64,000 bases of DNA from the NCBI GenBank assembly GCA_965213625.1, contig CBDBZU010000004.1:1248001-1312000 (forward strand). Direction: 5' to 3'. Position 1 is the stretch's first letter; the number at the start of each line of letters is the position of its first letter. A program made the position numbers and the translations under genes. Positions 19,447 to 30,125 of the stretch are shown here, piece after piece. The notes beneath the pieces were generated by a model. That model searched no databases, had not been told where the DNA came from, and worked only from the letters and a program-made list of their open reading frames with translations. Source of the stretch: a bacterium. Lineage in GTDB: Bacteria; UBA8248.

Positions 19447-20682
19447 ATGGATGAGACGAGCGAAAAACCCAAGCCGAACGACTGGAAAGCGCAAATCGAG
19501 CAAGAGTTGCGCGAACTCACGGAAGCCAACCTGCGCCGGGGTCTTCGCACCGTCGAGGGGATGCAGGGCCCCACAATGCGCCACGGGGGCAGGACCCTCA
19601 TCAACCTCTCGAGCAACAACTATCTGGGCCTCGCCAATTATTCCGCCATCATCGAGGCGTCCGTGGAGGCGGCAAGGGCCGCAGGCGCGAGCGGGGCCGC
19701 CTCCCCGCTCATCTCGGGCCACATGGCCGCCCACGAGGAGTTGGCGCGCGCATTGGCCGCCTTCAAGCGAAAGGACGCCGCGCTCGTTTTCGGTTCGGGG
19801 TTTCTGGCGAACGTGGGATTGATCACCGCCCTGGCCGGTGAGGGAGACGCCGTTTTCAGCGACGCGCTCAACCACGCAAGCATCGTGGACGGCTGCCGGC
19901 TGTCGAGGGCGCGTGTCCACGTTTACCCCCACGCGAATCTCAACCGCCTGGAAGACGCCTTGAGAAATGATTCCCGGGCGCGCCGCAAGCTCATCGTGAC
20001 GGACGGCGTCTTCAGCATGGACGGCGATCTGGCGCCGCTGTCCGGAATCTGCGACCTCGCGGATAAATATGGCGCGATTCTCGTGGTGGACGACGCGCAC
20101 GGCACGGGCGTCATCGGGGAGGGCGGCAGGGGGAGCGGCGCTTATTTCGGTGTGGAGGAGTGCGTTTCGGTCTCCATGGGCACGCTGGGCAAGGCACTGG
20201 CCTCTTACGGCGCGTTCGCGTGTGCGGATACCGAAGTAATCGATTACCTCGTCAACAAGGCGCGGCCCTATATCTACTCGACGAGTTTGCCGCCCGCCGT
20301 GGCCGCCGCCTCCCGCGCCGCCGTCCGGGTCGTGGAAAGCGACGAGGGTGAGCGCCGCCGGGAGAATCTGGCGAACCTGTGCGCGCGCTTTCGCGCCGGG
20401 CTTCGCTACATTGGGGTGCGCGTGAGTGAGCCACCGCCGGGGGCAGAGATTCCGATTTTCCCCATCATCATCAAGGATACGGAAAAAACGCTCGCGCTCG
20501 CGGAGTATCTGATGGAGGCGGGCGTCTACCTGCTCGCCATCCGCCCGCCCACGGTGCCCGAGGGCACCAGCAGGCTCAGGGCCACCCTCATGGCGACGCA
20601 CACCGAAGCGCAGATCGACCGGACGCTCGACGCCCTGGTATCGGGACTCAAGAAGCTCGCTATCCTCCCCGGCCCCGACTGA
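19447..20682 (+). CDS. bioF: 8-amino-7-oxononanoate synthase
   Basis: SSNNYLGLA, SGFLANVG, LNHASIVDG, DGVFSMDGD, DDAHG, GTLGKA, AIRPPTVPEG. Confidence 0.9.
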   Translation: MDETSEKPKPNDWKAQIEQELRELTEANLRRGLRTVEGMQGPTMRHGGRTLINLSSNNYLGLANYSAIIEASVEAARAAGASGAASPLISGHMAAHEELARALAAFKRKDAALVFGSGFLANVGLITALAGEGDAVFSDALNHASIVDGCRLSRARVHVYPHANLNRLEDALRNDSRARRKLIVTDGVFSMDGDLAPLSGICDLADKYGAILVVDDAHGTGVIGEGGRGSGAYFGVEECVSVSMGTLGKALASYGAFACADTEVIDYLVNKARPYIYSTSLPPAVAAASRAAVRVVESDEGERRRENLANLCARFRAGLRYIGVRVSEPPPGAEIPIFPIIIKDTEKTLALAEYLMEAGVYLLAIRPPTVPEGTSRLRATLMATHTEAQIDRTLDALVSGLKKLAILPGPD

Positions 20683-20923
20683 CGGAGCCGTTGAAAAATC
20701 CGGTTTCGGGAATAGGCGCCTTTGAGGCAATTCCTCCATTCTTAGTCGGAACTAACCTCATCGGTCGCGTCAAACCCTCGTCCCGTCTGGCGGCGGATTT
20801 CCCCCAACACCCCTCCTCGACTGGAAAAGCAACCCCCCCTACCCCCCCTTGTCAGGGGGGCAAGAAAAAGCAAAGCTCCCTCTGCCCGGCGGGGGCGCAT
20901 CGCCTTTTTTACCCCCCTGACAA

Positions 20924-22443
20924 GGGTCTGTTGAAAAACCCGGTGTTGGAAGCGGGCGTTTTGGCGGCTCACGCGGCGGCGGAGAGGCAGCCCAATCGGC
21001 GCGTGAGGGCGCCATGTGTGCGCAGACGGCGTCTCCAGGCGGCACAGACCCTCCAGAGGGCGAATAAACGCGCCGCAAAAGCGGCGGCCAGCCGCTTGAG
21101 GTTCACCGCTATCGCCGTCAGGTAGGACTGGATCCTCATGTTCGCAAGGCCCCGGCGCACCGCCCGCCCCAGTCCGTGCCAACTCTTCGCTTCGCCGTGG
21201 TAGCCCTCCGAGCGCCAACGGTGGCGGTCGTAGAGCCGCTTCTCCTCCTCCCCCCATCGCAAATGGCGACGACGCGCGCGCAACAGCGCCGGATACGCGT
21301 TGGGAATCAACACCGCCTTGCTCGTTTGCGACTTCGACAGACAATCGGACCTGAGCGCGCAGCCCGCGCAATCCCGCGTCTTCGATACATAGGAGCGCCC
21401 CCGCTCCGTCGCCTGCCGGGGACGCAGCGTCTTGCCTCCCGGACACTTCACCACCTCGTTGCGCGCATCGTAGTGGAACAACTGCAGCGGAACACGGCTC
21501 TGGCTGGGTTCCTTCTTCGCTGGTATCAGCGCTTCCACGCCCCGCCGCTCCAATTCGCCATAAACCTTCGAGTACGCGTAGCCCGAATCCGCCGTCACCA
21601 TCTCCGGCGCGCGGCCCGACAACTCGCTTACCGCCTCTATATGGGACGCCATCATCTCACGCTCGTTCCGCGTCCCCTCCGTCACCGACACGTCGAGAAC
21701 AACACCCCGCTCATCGTCCACCGCCGCGTGCTGCTTGTAGCTCGGCTCGAACCCCGCCCGCGCGCTCTTGCGCGCAAGCCGCGCGTCCGGGTCCGTCCGG
21801 CTCACCCGACCCCCGCCACCGCGGCCTCCTCCCTTCTTCTCCCCCTCATCATCGACGGGATTCTCCCGAATCACCTTCTCCGCGTGGTGCGCCGCCAGAC
21901 TCTCCCAGCTCACGTCCGCGCGTATCAACGAGGCGTCCACGTGTACCACTTCCCCCTTCGCCACATTCGCCTCCAGGCAAGCCTGCACCGTGCGACGGAA
22001 TATCTCCTTGAACCGAGCCTCCCCCCACCGCTGACGAATCCGCGTCAGGCTCGAATGATGCGGCAAATCCTCGTGCAGCCCGTACCCGATGAACCACCGG
22101 ATCGCCAGGTGCGCACGCGCCTCGCGAAGCAGACGCCGGTCGTGTACGTAGCCCAGCAACATACCCGCCAGCATCAGGCGCAACGCCACCTCCGGGTCGA
22201 TCCCCGGTCGACCGTTATCCGCGCAATAGCAATCCGCCACCTCCGCGCGAAGCCAACTCAAATCCAGTACGCGGTCCACGCGCATCAGGACGTGATCCTC
22301 GGGGATCAACCGTTCCAGCGAACCGGCCACGAACAAATCCATCTGCTCGCGCCCCTTGCTGCCTATCATCTCGGGAACTCCCATCTCGGGCGAGATAGTG
22401 TCATTACACCCAATCACAATGCCGGGGGTTTTTCAACAGCCCC
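20924..22443 (-). mobile_element. IS1182-family insertion sequence, copy 2 (1520 bp), 5-bp duplication GACAA
   Basis: Ends GGGTCTGTTGAAAAACCC / GGGTTTTTCAACAGCCCC; GACAA at 20919-20923 and 22444-22448. Confidence 0.93.
20969..22369 (-). CDS. IS1182-family DDE transposase
   Basis: Paralog of 15000-16373; near-identical to 56971-58371. Confidence 0.93.
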   Translation of the reverse strand: MIGSKGREQMDLFVAGSLERLIPEDHVLMRVDRVLDLSWLRAEVADCYCADNGRPGIDPEVALRLMLAGMLLGYVHDRRLLREARAHLAIRWFIGYGLHEDLPHHSSLTRIRQRWGEARFKEIFRRTVQACLEANVAKGEVVHVDASLIRADVSWESLAAHHAEKVIRENPVDDEGEKKGGGRGGGGRVSRTDPDARLARKSARAGFEPSYKQHAAVDDERGVVLDVSVTEGTRNEREMMASHIEAVSELSGRAPEMVTADSGYAYSKVYGELERRGVEALIPAKKEPSQSRVPLQLFHYDARNEVVKCPGGKTLRPRQATERGRSYVSKTRDCAGCALRSDCLSKSQTSKAVLIPNAYPALLRARRRHLRWGEEEKRLYDRHRWRSEGYHGEAKSWHGLGRAVRRGLANMRIQSYLTAIAVNLKRLAAAFAARLFALWRVCAAWRRRLRTHGALTRRLGCLSAAA

Positions 22444-22628
22444 GACAAGGGGGGGTAGGGGGGGTTGACTTCATGGGGTTTTCTTTCAAAGGGGGTTGCC
22501 TTTACCCTCTCAGGGGTTTTTTTAACAAGCCCGCATTGGTCGCGATTGACACTCGATACGGCGCGCAAGCACGCCTACTCGGGATGAGGGAGGGGCGGGG
22601 GTTTTTCAACAACCCCCTGACTCCCGGC

Positions 22629-23633
22629 CTAGTCGATTTCCACGATCACGTTGCCCACCGCCTCACCCGCTTCCACGGCTTCGTGTGCGTTTGCGAGTTC
22701 ATCGAGCGGGAAACGCTCCGCGATATGGTGTGTAAGCGCGCCGTCATCAAGAGCGCGGGTGATGTCCCCCGCCGCGTGGAGCAAAGCCTCCGGCGGGCAG
22801 CAGTGGACCATAACGAGTCTGACGGTGATGTTGTTCAGCATGAGTTCGTAGTGGGGAAAGGGAGGGGTGCGGTCCCCCATCGAGGAATAAGAGGCGATGA
22901 CGCCGCCGACCTTCAGGATTTTGTAGTTCGTCTCCCAGTTCACCCCTAAATTCACGTCCACCACGCGGTCCACGCCCGCGCCGTCCGTGATCGCAAGTAC
23001 CCTTTCGGCAACGTCTTCTTCGAGGTAGTTGATGATGTGCTCAGCGGAAGACGCACGCTCCGCCTTGGCGTCCGAGCTCACCGTGGCGATCACGCGCGCT
23101 CCCGCCCACCTGGCCAGTTGCACGGCGTAGACGCCCACGCGGCCCGCGCCGCCCGTCACCAGCACCGCCTTGCCCGCAATGGGGCCGTCCGCGTACAGGC
23201 ATCGATGCGCCGTCATGGCGGGAATGCCGAGGCACGCCCCTTCTGCGAAGGTGGTTCCCTCCGGCAGGCGGACGAGAAACTTCTCGGGCAGGCAGACGTA
23301 TTGCGCCGAGGTGCCGAACGCGCGTTTGTAGCGCGCGTTGTAGACCCATACGCGGTCGCCGATTTCATGCCCGCTCGCGCCAGGGCCGAGTTTGTCCACG
23401 ACGCCCGCACCGTCGTTGTGGGGGATTGTCCTCGGGAAATCGGGAAAGTGCTCGAAATAGCCCCAGTCCTCGGACCCATGGCCGCCGCGGCGCTTGCAGT
23501 CCGTGGGATTCACGCCCGACGCGTGGAGCCGCACCCTGATTTCGCCTGCGCCGGGTTCGGGCGTCGCCATCTCGCCGGTTTCGATGACCTCGCGCGCCCC
23601 GCCCTTGCGCTCGTACCAGCCTGCCCGCATCAC
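22629..23633 (-). CDS. NADPH:quinone reductase (zeta-crystallin-like MDR)
   Basis: SGVNPTD, PHNDGAG, ACLGIPAMTAH, VTGGAGRVG. Confidence 0.9.
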   Translation of the reverse strand: MMRAGWYERKGGAREVIETGEMATPEPGAGEIRVRLHASGVNPTDCKRRGGHGSEDWGYFEHFPDFPRTIPHNDGAGVVDKLGPGASGHEIGDRVWVYNARYKRAFGTSAQYVCLPEKFLVRLPEGTTFAEGACLGIPAMTAHRCLYADGPIAGKAVLVTGGAGRVGVYAVQLARWAGARVIATVSSDAKAERASSAEHIINYLEEDVAERVLAITDGAGVDRVVDVNLGVNWETNYKILKVGGVIASYSSMGDRTPPFPHYELMLNNITVRLVMVHCCPPEALLHAAGDITRALDDGALTHHIAERFPLDELANAHEAVEAGEAVGNVIVEID

Positions 23634-23654
23634 TTGCGCTCTCCTTTGCCCGCC

Positions 23655-24083
23655 TTACCCGTGGGTGACCGAAACGCCCAGGTAGACGACGATGAGGGCG
23701 AGGATGAGGTTAATGAGGAGCCAGGTCTTGCGCTGCGCCTTCATGCCCCCGAAGCCCTTCGGGATGGTGAGCGCGACGCCTATGAAGATGATGACGAGCG
23801 CCAGGACGATCTTTACGATCAGCGACCCCGGAATGGCGAGGCCGCTCCGCACGAGGCGGGTGAGGTGGTGAAACCCCGTCAGTATCAGGATCAGGAACGA
23901 ACCGTGGAGAATCGGGATGAACCGTTTCTGGATTTTCGCCATGAACGGCCCCCGCTCCGCTTCGGGCAGGTCCGCCGCCGTGGGTATGACCACGAAACGG
24001 AGAAAGGCCACGCCGCCGACCGCCAGAATCGCGCTCAGCACATGAAGGGTCGTGATGATGATGTTTCCCGTGCTGTATCCCAT
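23655..24083 (-). CDS. Small 4-TM membrane protein (CopD-like)
   Basis: LHVLSAILAVGG, ILTG, KIVL helical pattern. Confidence 0.6.
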   Translation of the reverse strand: MGYSTGNIIITTLHVLSAILAVGGVAFLRFVVIPTAADLPEAERGPFMAKIQKRFIPILHGSFLILILTGFHHLTRLVRSGLAIPGSLIVKIVLALVIIFIGVALTIPKGFGGMKAQRKTWLLINLILALIVVYLGVSVTHG

Positions 24084-24119
24084 AAGACGCACTCCCGTGG
24101 ATGATGAGTAAATATTTGC

Positions 24120-25337
24120 TTAAGCCGTGTCCTCTCCCAGCAGAACGAGGACGCCGGAATACTGGTGGAGGTGATCGATTTTCCCGATGGGCGCGATCTC
24201 GGAACCTGTAAAAAACCCCGCGACGGGCAGACCGCGCATCTTCTCACGGATCGCCATGGCGTCCACCTCCATCTCCCCGTAGAGGGAACTGCCACGGCCC
24301 GCGCAGTTGAAATAAAGGCCGAAAGCGCGCGCGTCCACTTCTTCTGTGGCGGCGAAGCGCCGGGATCCTTTTTCCAGCATTGTGCGGAGGTCCTCACGCG
24401 CGCGCGACCCGTCCCGTTTGGCGAAGGTGATGGCCTGGCCGGTTTTGACCGGTGTCGGCAGCGCGATGATTCCCTTCTCTTCATCTGCGCCCACGATGGG
24501 CCGCACGATGTACTCGCCGTGGTCGAGCATCACCTTGTCCGGATCCCCCGGAATGCCGATGAACAGGTTCATGGCGGCGAACTGGATGTTCTCCATCCAC
24601 TCGGGACCCGCCGCCTCGGCGAAGGCGTCATACGCGCGTTCGCCCGAAATTTCCCAGACGACGTTCTCCTCCGCCCGGGTGATGAGCCTGGGCTCGCCCA
24701 CGGGCAGATAGGCCTGCGATATCCCGATGAACCGCCTGGGCGCGCCCGCGAATACGACGCCCGAGACGGCGTTTGTCTGCATCTGACCGTCCATGAACTG
24801 AAATGTTCTCCCCGCCGACCCGTCCTCCGCGGCGCCGCCGCCCACGATGATGGCCTCCTCACCCAACTCCTCGTGGATTCCCTCGAAAAGCGCGTCGGCC
24901 TGGAGGTGATAGCTGTCGGGCATGACGACGACCAGGGGTGGATTCTCGTGAGAGAGCGCGTCTCCCAGCTCTTTTTTCGCCGCCCGGCCGATGGCGCGTC
25001 CGCATTCCAGTGGCGCGTCGCCAAGGCCTTCGACCAGAAATGGCGCTGCGGGCGGGGCGTCGCCGACCACCAGAACCGAGATTCCCGGCGTCCGTTCGAT
25101 TTCGCCCTGCGCCGTCAAGACGCCGAAGCCCGTGCAGCCGACGACCCTTGCGCCGCTCGTCCCCTCGGCGACTGCGGCGACCACCTCGGGCCATCTGCTC
25201 AGGTGGCCCGGCGTCGTGAACAGGAAAATGAGGGAGGCGGCGTCGAGCTTCGCCTCCGCCATGGCCTCTTCTATCGCTTCGCGCGCGGCAACGGCGGAAT
25301 CGGGATTGGAGGAGAGGCCGCTCCCCGCGCGCGTCAT
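24120..25337 (-). CDS. FIST N/C-domain protein
   Basis: VVGCTGFGV, GGGAA, YIVRPIVG, LYFNCAGRG, GFFTGSEIAP. Confidence 0.9.
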   Translation of the reverse strand: MTRAGSGLSSNPDSAVAAREAIEEAMAEAKLDAASLIFLFTTPGHLSRWPEVVAAVAEGTSGARVVGCTGFGVLTAQGEIERTPGISVLVVGDAPPAAPFLVEGLGDAPLECGRAIGRAAKKELGDALSHENPPLVVVMPDSYHLQADALFEGIHEELGEEAIIVGGGAAEDGSAGRTFQFMDGQMQTNAVSGVVFAGAPRRFIGISQAYLPVGEPRLITRAEENVVWEISGERAYDAFAEAAGPEWMENIQFAAMNLFIGIPGDPDKVMLDHGEYIVRPIVGADEEKGIIALPTPVKTGQAITFAKRDGSRAREDLRTMLEKGSRRFAATEEVDARAFGLYFNCAGRGSSLYGEMEVDAMAIREKMRGLPVAGFFTGSEIAPIGKIDHLHQYSGVLVLLGEDTA

Positions 25338-26029
25338 GGAGTTTCCTCGCGCGTAAGGGCGCCCGGCGGCCCGTTCGTGAGGAGTCTCGGTTCGCTCACC
25401 GCCTGCACGTCATCGGCAGTGAGGCCTTCGGCCACTTCCCTGAGGAAGGGGCCTTCCGGCGTGAACTCGATGAACGCGATGTCGGTGAACAGCTTGGTGA
25501 CCACCCGCCGCGCGGTCAGGGGATAGGTGCAATCTTCCAGGAGCTTCAGGCCGCCGTCCTTCATGGTGTGGGTCATGATGGCGTAGACCTCGCGTGCGCC
25601 CGCCGCCAGGTCCATTGCGCCGCCGATGCCGCCTTTGCCCAGTCCCGGCACCGTCCAGTTGGCGAGGTCGCCCTGGGCCGAGACCTGCAGCGCGCCCATG
25701 ATGGCGATGTCGATGTGGCCGCCGCGTATCATGGCGAAGGCGTCGGCGTGTCCGAACACGGACGCCCCCGGTAGCGTGGTGATGGGTTCACGCGAAGCGT
25801 TGATGTAGTCCTTGTCCTCTTCGCCGGGCTCGGGCCTCGGGCCCGCGCCGATGATTCCGTTCTCGGCCATGAACAGCACGCCGCGCCCGGTTTCCACGTA
25901 ATTGCCTACCAGCGTGGGGATGCCGATGCCTAAGTTCACCACCGCGCCGTCGGGCAGTTCCGCCGCCACGCGCCGGGCGATGTCGACCGGCTTGAGGGCG
26001 CAGTTCTCAAGTTTCTGATCGGAGGCCAA
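25334..26029 (-). CDS. 3-oxoacid CoA-transferase subunit B
   Basis: VNLGIGIPT, AENG, FAMIRGGHID, GDLANW, GGAMDL. Confidence 0.93.
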   Translation of the reverse strand: MASDQKLENCALKPVDIARRVAAELPDGAVVNLGIGIPTLVGNYVETGRGVLFMAENGIIGAGPRPEPGEEDKDYINASREPITTLPGASVFGHADAFAMIRGGHIDIAIMGALQVSAQGDLANWTVPGLGKGGIGGAMDLAAGAREVYAIMTHTMKDGGLKLLEDCTYPLTARRVVTKLFTDIAFIEFTPEGPFLREVAEGLTADDVQAVSEPRLLTNGPPGALTREETP

Positions 26030-26696
26030 GGTCTTCTCCTCTTACGACTCTTTGCACGTATATCGAAGGCGTGTGTACGCTTTCGGGCGCGATGACGCCG
26101 GGGTCCACGATTTCCTCCACCTCGACGATGGTGAGCGGCGCCGCCGTCGCCATGACGGGGTTGAAGTTCGCCGCCGTGCCCCGGTAGGTGAGGTTTCCCG
26201 CGCTGTCGGCCCGATGCGCCTTGATGACGGCCACGTCGCCGGGTAGGGGATGTTCGAGCACGGTTTCGCGCCCGTTGATCGTGCGTGTCTCCTTGCCCTC
26301 GGCTGCCTGCGTGCCGACGCCGGTGGGCGTGTAGAAGGCGGCGATGCCTGCGCCCGCCGCCCGGATTCTCTCGGCCATAGTCCCCTGGGGGAGCTGTTCG
26401 AGTTCGATTTTTCCCTCGAGAAAGAGTTCTCTGAACACGAACGCGCTCCTGTGGAAGGCGTAGCTGCAGATGATTTTCCGCACCTTCCCCTGTCTGAGCA
26501 GAACGGCGAGGCCGCGCTCGCCGAAGCCCGCGTGGTTGGTGACGACGGTCAGATCACGCGCGGGATGATCCGCCATGGCGACCAGGAGATTTTCCGGGAT
26601 GCCCGCGCCGCCGAACCCGCCCAGCAGAATGGTGGCGCCGTCGGGAATATCGGCGATGGCGGCTTTGGATGATGGATACACCTTATCGGAGGTCAA
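26007..26696 (-). CDS. 3-oxoacid CoA-transferase subunit A
   Basis: LGGFGGAGIPENL, PQGTMAERIRAAGAGIAAFYTPTG, NFNPVMA. Confidence 0.93.
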   Translation of the reverse strand: MTSDKVYPSSKAAIADIPDGATILLGGFGGAGIPENLLVAMADHPARDLTVVTNHAGFGERGLAVLLRQGKVRKIICSYAFHRSAFVFRELFLEGKIELEQLPQGTMAERIRAAGAGIAAFYTPTGVGTQAAEGKETRTINGRETVLEHPLPGDVAVIKAHRADSAGNLTYRGTAANFNPVMATAAPLTIVEVEEIVDPGVIAPESVHTPSIYVQRVVRGEDLGLRSET

Positions 26697-26924
26697 TTCG
26701 TCGTTCTCTTTGTTGAGGGAAAATCCATACAGCTTGGTTCCGTGCGAATTTCAATCTATTTATGAGGCATCGACCCGAAAAAATCCAGGCGGACCCAAGG
26801 CTTGCCTCAGGCCTTTCAGTGCCATAGAGTGCGGATTCATTTTTGCAGGGCGCGTTTTCATTTTTTCGAGGAGTGCGTTGTGGCGAGGCAGCCCAGGCGA
26901 GTGCCGGAAACGGAAACGAAGAAC

Positions 26925-28460
26925 ATGGCGGGCCTCTATCTCTATTTCTCGGTCTTTCTCTCGGGCGGCTCGATTCTCGTTATGGAGATCGCGGCGGGGC
27001 GCGTGCTCGCCCCCCATTTCGGCAACACGCTCTACACGTGGACCTCGATGATCGGCATCATCCTGGCCGCGCTGAGCCTTGGTTATTCCATCGGTGGGCG
27101 GCTCGCGGACCGCAAGCCGTCTACGAAACTGTTCTTCCTGCTCATGCTGGGCGGCGCGGGCCTCGTTGCCCTGGTGCCGGCCCTGCGGGGGATTCTGCTG
27201 CCCACGATGGAAGAGAGCCTGGGCCTGCGCTCCGGGCCGGTGTTCGCCGGTCTTCTGCTCTTCGCCGCACCGGGTTGCGTGCTCGCCACGCTCACGCCCT
27301 TCGCGGTAAAGCTCGCGGCGCGGGGAGTGGGAAGCCTGGGAGCAGTGACGGGAAACCTCTTTACCTGGTCCACGGTCGGGAGCATCCTCGGCACGTTCGC
27401 GACGGGTTTCGTCTTCATTCCCTTTTTCGGGCTGAACGGCATCTTCCTGACGACGGCGGGGGCGCTGGCGCTGACGGCGCTCTTCGGGCTCTACCTCAGC
27501 GGCGACCTCGCCAGTTTGTTCTCGAAGCGAAACGCGCGGGCGAACCTGCTTCTCGGAGCGTTCGTGCTCGCCTCGATGGGGACGGGCGCCGCGTGGCTGG
27601 GCGTCATCCCCGGCGTGGATAAAGATACTATTTGGGTGCGCGAGAACATGTACCACATGATTCGCGTGTTCGAGAGGGCCGGGGACGACGGCGGGCGGGT
27701 GCGCGAGATGTACCTGGATCATCAGCCCGAGGGGGCGATGGTCCTGGGCGACGACAAAAAATTTTACTACGAATACACCCGCTTTCTGGAGTTGGGGCCG
27801 CTGTTCGCACCCCACATGAAGCGCGCGATCTTCATCGGCGGCGGCGCTTTCACGATGCCGAAGGCCCTGCAACTCATGAAGCCGGAGATGTCCATCGCCG
27901 TGGCCGAACTCGACGAGGAAGTCGTCGACGCGGGGAGTAAATTTTTCAGGCTGGCGAAATTCCCGAAGCTGAAGGCCCTGGTGGGAGACGGCAGGCGCAT
28001 TCTCCGCTCATCCGGTGAAAAATTCGATCTTATCGTAGGCGACGCATACCGGGGTTTAAGGAACATACCGCCGCATCTGGTCACGAAAGAGTTTTTCGAG
28101 GAAGCGCGCGAACGACTGGCGTCCGGCGGCGTGTTCATGCTGAACCTGATCGGCTACCGCGCGGGCGCCGGCGGCGCAATATACGCATCCGTCTACCGGA
28201 CGATGAAAAGCGTGTTTCCGGAAATATACATCTACAGTACCGACCCTGCGAATCCCTATGTAGCGCAGAACATCCTTATTTTCGGGTTCCGGGACGAGGA
28301 CGCAGGTCGTTTTCGTCGCGTAAGCGAGGCGATGCGCCGCGATTCCAAGTTCGAGTTCGCCGCGCGCGCGCGCGTGGCGCCCCCGGGCTCGCGCCTTTAC
28401 GGCCCGGTATTGACGGACGACTATAATCCTGTGGAATATCTCATCGAAAAAGGACTTTAA
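26925..28460 (+). CDS. Fused MFS-like membrane / spermidine-synthase-like methyltransferase
   Basis: EIAAGRVLAPHFGNT, TM helices, then IGGGAF, ELDEEV, GDGR, LTDDYNPVE. Confidence 0.88.
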   Translation: MAGLYLYFSVFLSGGSILVMEIAAGRVLAPHFGNTLYTWTSMIGIILAALSLGYSIGGRLADRKPSTKLFFLLMLGGAGLVALVPALRGILLPTMEESLGLRSGPVFAGLLLFAAPGCVLATLTPFAVKLAARGVGSLGAVTGNLFTWSTVGSILGTFATGFVFIPFFGLNGIFLTTAGALALTALFGLYLSGDLASLFSKRNARANLLLGAFVLASMGTGAAWLGVIPGVDKDTIWVRENMYHMIRVFERAGDDGGRVREMYLDHQPEGAMVLGDDKKFYYEYTRFLELGPLFAPHMKRAIFIGGGAFTMPKALQLMKPEMSIAVAELDEEVVDAGSKFFRLAKFPKLKALVGDGRRILRSSGEKFDLIVGDAYRGLRNIPPHLVTKEFFEEARERLASGGVFMLNLIGYRAGAGGAIYASVYRTMKSVFPEIYIYSTDPANPYVAQNILIFGFRDEDAGRFRRVSEAMRRDSKFEFAARARVAPPGSRLYGPVLTDDYNPVEYLIEKGL

Positions 28461-28521
28461 TTCTTCGCGGCGGGGATGAGCGTTACGTACCTGCCGCGCA
28501 CGGAGTCATGAAGGAGAAGCA

Positions 28522-29583
28522 ATGGCGAAGCACAGCATCGGTTTAATCCCCGCGGACGGCATCGGGCCCGAGGTCATCACACAGGCGGTGCGCGTCCTGC
28601 GGGCGCTGGCGAAGAGCGAGCGCGGCCTCGATTTTTCTTTCACGAAATACCCCTGGGGGAGCGATTTCTATCACGAGACGGGCCGTATGTGCCCCGAAAA
28701 TTTCCTGAACCGCGTAAGGAAGCACGACGCGATTCTGCTCGGCGCGGTGGGCAGGCCCGACATTCCCGATCACATCACCCTCAACCAGCTTCTGCTACCG
28801 CTGCGCCGGGGTTTCGATTTGTACGTCAACATGCGCCCCATCGTCTTGTACGAGGGGCTGGAATCGCCGCTGCGCGGTTACGAGCCGGGCGACATCGACA
28901 TGCTCTTCTTCCGCGAGAACACCGAGGGAGAATACAGCCCCATCGGCGGCAGGCACTACGAGGGACACCCGGGAGAGCTGGCCGCCCAGATCACGCTCTT
29001 CACGCGCATGGGCTGTGAGCGCATTATCGAAGCGGCGTTCGAGGCGGCGCTCAAGCGGAAAAAGCACGTGACCAATATCACCAAGTCGAACGCGCAGGGC
29101 CATACGCTGGTGATGTGGGATGAGATTTTCGAGGAAGTCGCCGCAAGACCCCGCTACAGGAAAGTCGAGACGGCGAAATATCTCGTAGACGCCGCCGCCT
29201 TGGAGTTCGTGCGAAGGCCCGAGCATTTCGACGTCGTGGTGTCCACGAACCTCTTCGGCGACATCCTGACGGACCTGGGCGCCGCCATCGTCGGTGGGCT
29301 GGGAGTCGCCGCGAGCGCGAACACGAATCCCAAGGGCGACGCGCCCGGCCTGTTCGAGCCCGTGCACGGCTCCGCGCCCGACATCATGGGCAAGGGGATC
29401 GCCAACCCGGTGGCCGCGCTTATCTCCGCTGCCTTGATGCTCGATTATCTGGGCGAGGAGCGCGCGGCGAAGCGGCTCGACGGCGCGGTTCGCGCGCATC
29501 TGGCCGGGGGCAACCGCACGGCGGACTTAGGCGGCACAGGGACGACGCGATCCGTCGCCACCGACGTCATCAAGAGACTCTAG
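28522..29583 (+). CDS. Tartrate/isopropylmalate-type decarboxylating dehydrogenase
   Basis: DGIGPEV, RENTEGEYS, TKSNA, NLFGDILTD, FEPVHGSAPDI. Confidence 0.9.
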   Translation: MAKHSIGLIPADGIGPEVITQAVRVLRALAKSERGLDFSFTKYPWGSDFYHETGRMCPENFLNRVRKHDAILLGAVGRPDIPDHITLNQLLLPLRRGFDLYVNMRPIVLYEGLESPLRGYEPGDIDMLFFRENTEGEYSPIGGRHYEGHPGELAAQITLFTRMGCERIIEAAFEAALKRKKHVTNITKSNAQGHTLVMWDEIFEEVAARPRYRKVETAKYLVDAAALEFVRRPEHFDVVVSTNLFGDILTDLGAAIVGGLGVAASANTNPKGDAPGLFEPVHGSAPDIMGKGIANPVAALISAALMLDYLGEERAAKRLDGAVRAHLAGGNRTADLGGTGTTRSVATDVIKRL

Positions 29584-29600
29584 CCTGAAGGAGCGGTTCG

Positions 29601-30125
29601 ATGTCCATCGTCACGCGAAGGGGAGACGATGGGAACACCGATTTATGGTTCGCGGACAGGGTTCCCAAGTATCATCCCCAGGTGCAGGCCTACGGCGCGC
29701 TCGACGAGGCGAAGGCCGCGCTCGGCCTCGCCCGCTCGACGGCGCCTGAATGGCTGAAGCCCGAAATCCTCAAAATCCAGAAAGACCTCTACCTCGTGAG
29801 CAGCGACCTGGCGACACTGCGGGGCAAACTCGGCAGGCTCAAGGAGCGCGTGGGTGCGGAGCAGGTCGCATGGGCCGACGCGCAGGTGGCGCGCTATGAA
29901 AAAGAGATCCAAATCACCGACTGGGTCATCTCGGGCGATTCGCCCTGCGGCGCCGCGCTGGATATGGCGCTCACCATCATCCGCCGGGGCGAGAGATGGT
30001 CGGTCAAGCTGCGGGACGAGGGCTACATCGACAACCCCGACCTGCTCGTCTACCTGAACCGCGTCTCGGACCTCCTCTTCCTCATGGCCCGCGCCGTGGA
30101 CCGGGGGGTGGAAGTGCCCGAGTAG
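29601..30125 (+). CDS. pduO: PduO-type ATP:cob(I)alamin adenosyltransferase
   Basis: IVTRRGDDG.T, YGALDE, RRGER, YLNRVSDLLF. Confidence 0.88.
   Translation: MSIVTRRGDDGNTDLWFADRVPKYHPQVQAYGALDEAKAALGLARSTAPEWLKPEILKIQKDLYLVSSDLATLRGKLGRLKERVGAEQVAWADAQVARYEKEIQITDWVISGDSPCGAALDMALTIIRRGERWSVKLRDEGYIDNPDLLVYLNRVSDLLFLMARAVDRGVEVPE

Larger units (their letters stand above)
20684..22616. mobile_element. MITE-like element (about 408 bp without the IS) carrying IS1182 copy 2; 5-bp duplication CTGAC
   Basis: Ends GGAGCCGTTGAAAAATCC / GGTTTTTCAACAACCCC; CTGAC at 20679-20683 and 22617-22621. Confidence 0.75.
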